In this document: one piece after another, positions 61,831 to 64,000 of the stretch
How positions within the stretch are numbered: the first letter of the stretch is position 1
Layout: every line of letters begins with the position of its first letter
Origin: Desulfomicrobium sp.
Lineage (GTDB): Bacteria; Desulfobacterota; Desulfovibrionia; Desulfovibrionales; Desulfomicrobiaceae
Direction: 5' to 3'
Length of the DNA: 64,000 nucleotides
NCBI GenBank assembly: GCA_040768745.1
Contig: JAXGMI010000001.1
Span: 544,001 to 608,000, forward strand
Made by a program: the position numbers and the translations under genes
The notes under the pieces: generated by a model
The model's database searches: none
Seen by the model: the letters and a program-made list of their open reading frames with translations, nothing else
Told to the model about the DNA's origin: nothing

Positions 61831-63093
61831 ATGGATTTATTTGACTACATCATCTCTGGTGCGCGGGTAATAAATCCCGCAACCTGCCTCGATGATGTTA
61901 TGGATATTGCCATTTCCGGCAAGTTGATTGCCCATATGGACAAAACTATTACCAATAATGATCCGCGCTTTGCCACAACAACGAAAATTATTGACGCGTC
62001 ATCTTGCCTTGTTACCCCCGGATGGGTTGATCTTCACTGCCATTTTTATCCTGATGACTATTATGGACTGATGCCTGACGATCCAGGAGTTCTGTCTGGG
62101 TGTACGTCTATTGTGGATGGCGGCAGTGCCGGGATGTTGACCTATAGTTATTTTTTCAACCGGTATATGGACAGGTCAAAGAGTAAAACCTACGCTTTTT
62201 TGCTGCATCATCCTATCGGACAGTTCTTTCAAGAAGAATGCTGGAAAAATGTTTTTGTCAATGCAAAAGCAACAGCAGAGTTTGTCAAGCAGACTCCTCG
62301 AATTGTTGGCCTAAAGGACAAGTTAACTGCCGACTTTGCTTGGTATCAGGGGATTGAGGGCGTGCGCCGTGCAATTGATATCGCTCATCTCTCCGAAAAG
62401 CCGTATGCAGTACATCTTGGCACCTCTACTCATCTCGTCACTCCCGACAAAAATGCTTCCGCCGATGCCGTTGAAAATGCTGTCCGAAGCTGTACGCTCG
62501 AACTGCTTGCCAGTCTTCGCAAGGGGGATATTATCTTTCATGCTTTTACAGGAAAGCTTGGTGGCCTTTTTACGCCCGATGGAGTATATGATCAGGCTGT
62601 GAGGGACGCTCTGAAACGAGGAGTTTTGTTGGATGCAAGTCTGGGCCGTGCCAATTTTGATTTAAACGCGTACACAATTGCTTTTAACAGAGGAATTATC
62701 CCGCACATCATCAGCTCGGATCTTGTGCAATTTGGGCTTCAAGATATTGTTTTCAATATGGGCGCAATCCTTTCTCGGTTTATGGGAAATGGACTTTCTT
62801 TATCAGAAATTATCGCCAGAGCAACACTGCATCCTGCAAAGGCCGTATGTCTTGCTCCAGGGACAGGCGAACTTTATGCTGGCGGCCCGGCAGATATAAC
62901 CGTCACATCTATGGAAGAAGGAGAGTTCATATTTACGGACAAAATGAACGGGACAGAGTTTACCAGCACGCATTTTTTCCGTCCCCGAATAAGCTTTGTC
63001 GACGGCATTCCGTACAAGGTTCATCACCATGGCCTGTCGGGTACTTCCCCATGGACAGGATCGATTTTGCCAGAAGAATATCCTTTCTGTTGA
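61831..63093 (+). CDS. Dihydroorotase-like amidohydrolase/deacetylase (COG3964-like)
   Basis: PGWVDLHCH (HxH), DGGSAG, VGLK, HAFTG, ISSD, PADIT. Confidence 0.82.
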   Translation: MDLFDYIISGARVINPATCLDDVMDIAISGKLIAHMDKTITNNDPRFATTTKIIDASSCLVTPGWVDLHCHFYPDDYYGLMPDDPGVLSGCTSIVDGGSAGMLTYSYFFNRYMDRSKSKTYAFLLHHPIGQFFQEECWKNVFVNAKATAEFVKQTPRIVGLKDKLTADFAWYQGIEGVRRAIDIAHLSEKPYAVHLGTSTHLVTPDKNASADAVENAVRSCTLELLASLRKGDIIFHAFTGKLGGLFTPDGVYDQAVRDALKRGVLLDASLGRANFDLNAYTIAFNRGIIPHIISSDLVQFGLQDIVFNMGAILSRFMGNGLSLSEIIARATLHPAKAVCLAPGTGELYAGGPADITVTSMEEGEFIFTDKMNGTEFTSTHFFRPRISFVDGIPYKVHHHGLSGTSPWTGSILPEEYPFC

Positions 63094-63353
63094 AGAGGGT
63101 GTTGGAGACGCCACAGCCAAAGATGGTTGATCCATGTTCTCCCGGCAAGATGTGTAAAGCGGCAAAGCGGGACTGTTCGCGGGCGTTCCATTCTGGCTGC
63201 CCGCGAAGCCGCTTACTGGTGTGGACGGGCACCCTGGAGTAGCCCCAAATTCGACCGGAGACCCTGCCAACCGTAAGAAGTAGTGCAAGAGGTATGTCCA
63301 CAGAGTGCTGACGACTATCCAACTGTCGAAGTCGTCAATGGGGTTCAGCGCCG

Positions 63354-64000
63354 CCCAAGTTTGACAGCAATATCGAGCTTATTTGTTTAAAATTAGGATA
63401 TTATCGCTTCGGCGCTAGTTGGAGTTTACACTACATTTCCTTTTTCTCCACGGGTCGGGATCGGCGGGACTCCCAGAGCACGCAGGATCTTTTTCTGCGC
63501 GTCCGTGGGGCGACTAGGAGTCATCAGCGTCTCCTCTCCGACCATGATCTCCCCCATCTTGATCTGACGCAGAAGGCGGATGGCTGTCGGCACAGACACT
63601 GCCATTCCTTTGAGCTTGTTGCGCATCCAGCGCTCTAACTGCAATGCGATCACGCAGACAAACACATGTGCCCTGATTCGCTCCTCAGTCCAGTGATACA
63701 CAGGGCGTAGTTCCAAGGTGCTTTTGAGCGCTCTCCATCCCCGTTCAATTTCAGCAAGCTCTTTGTAATGTTTGATAATGTCTGCGCATGGTGCATCCAT
63801 GTCGGTTGTTTCGAGAAGCAAGACGCCATCGATCTTTTCCTCCCAAGCCCTGCGTTTCCTGTGGGCCTTGACGATGACCTGATCCTGAGTGAGCGCAACT
63901 TGGAACAATGAGAGCAAGCCCTTGTCACGCAGGTAATCCCTGATGCGGTCGTATTGACCCTGTGGGCTTGGTTTGCGTCCCTTGCCTGACCTTGGGGCGA
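63354..64000 (-). mobile_element. IS1634-family element, right part (transposase 3' end at 63426, continues past the window)
   Basis: YKEL.EIERGWRALKS.LELRPVYHWTEERIRAHVFVC; frame open to 64000; candidate terminus CCCAAGTTTGACAG at 63354. Confidence 0.85.

Noticed and set aside
44107..64000. Integrative element with integrase and att duplication at tRNA-Leu
   Set aside because: No integrase and no second copy of the tRNA 3' end were seen. The far boundary may lie beyond the window, so the mechanism is unresolved.

Overview
A GC-rich bacterial chromosome segment whose gene content suggests a sulfate-reducing deltaproteobacterium, Desulfovibrionales or Desulfomicrobium-like (inference). Positions 1-44.2 kb are mostly core genes. 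They include a 1582-aa methyltransferase/glycosyltransferase/TPR fusion behind a sigma-54 promoter, a MacAB-TolC-type exporter, larC, dapL, murJ, lysC, rtcB, xth, nadCAB, a TauE/pseudo-dikinase module and pgk-tpiA-secG-tRNA-Leu(GAG). Directly after the tRNA an AT-richer accessory region begins with a 295-bp MITE-like element. A 1013-aa sigma-54 enhancer-binding protein then sits divergent from a catabolic operon of unknown substrate: TTT transporter, 3-hydroxyacyl-CoA-dehydrogenase-like enzyme, SDR, CoA-acylating (methyl)malonate-semialdehyde dehydrogenase and an atypical ThDP enzyme. Next come an IS3 remnant, a TRAP transporter whose dctP is split by an intact IS66 (8-bp target duplication), an amidohydrolase and the end of an IS1634 element. 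This catabolic region is the best candidate for an undescribed system. All product calls come from motif recognition by eye; no searches were run.
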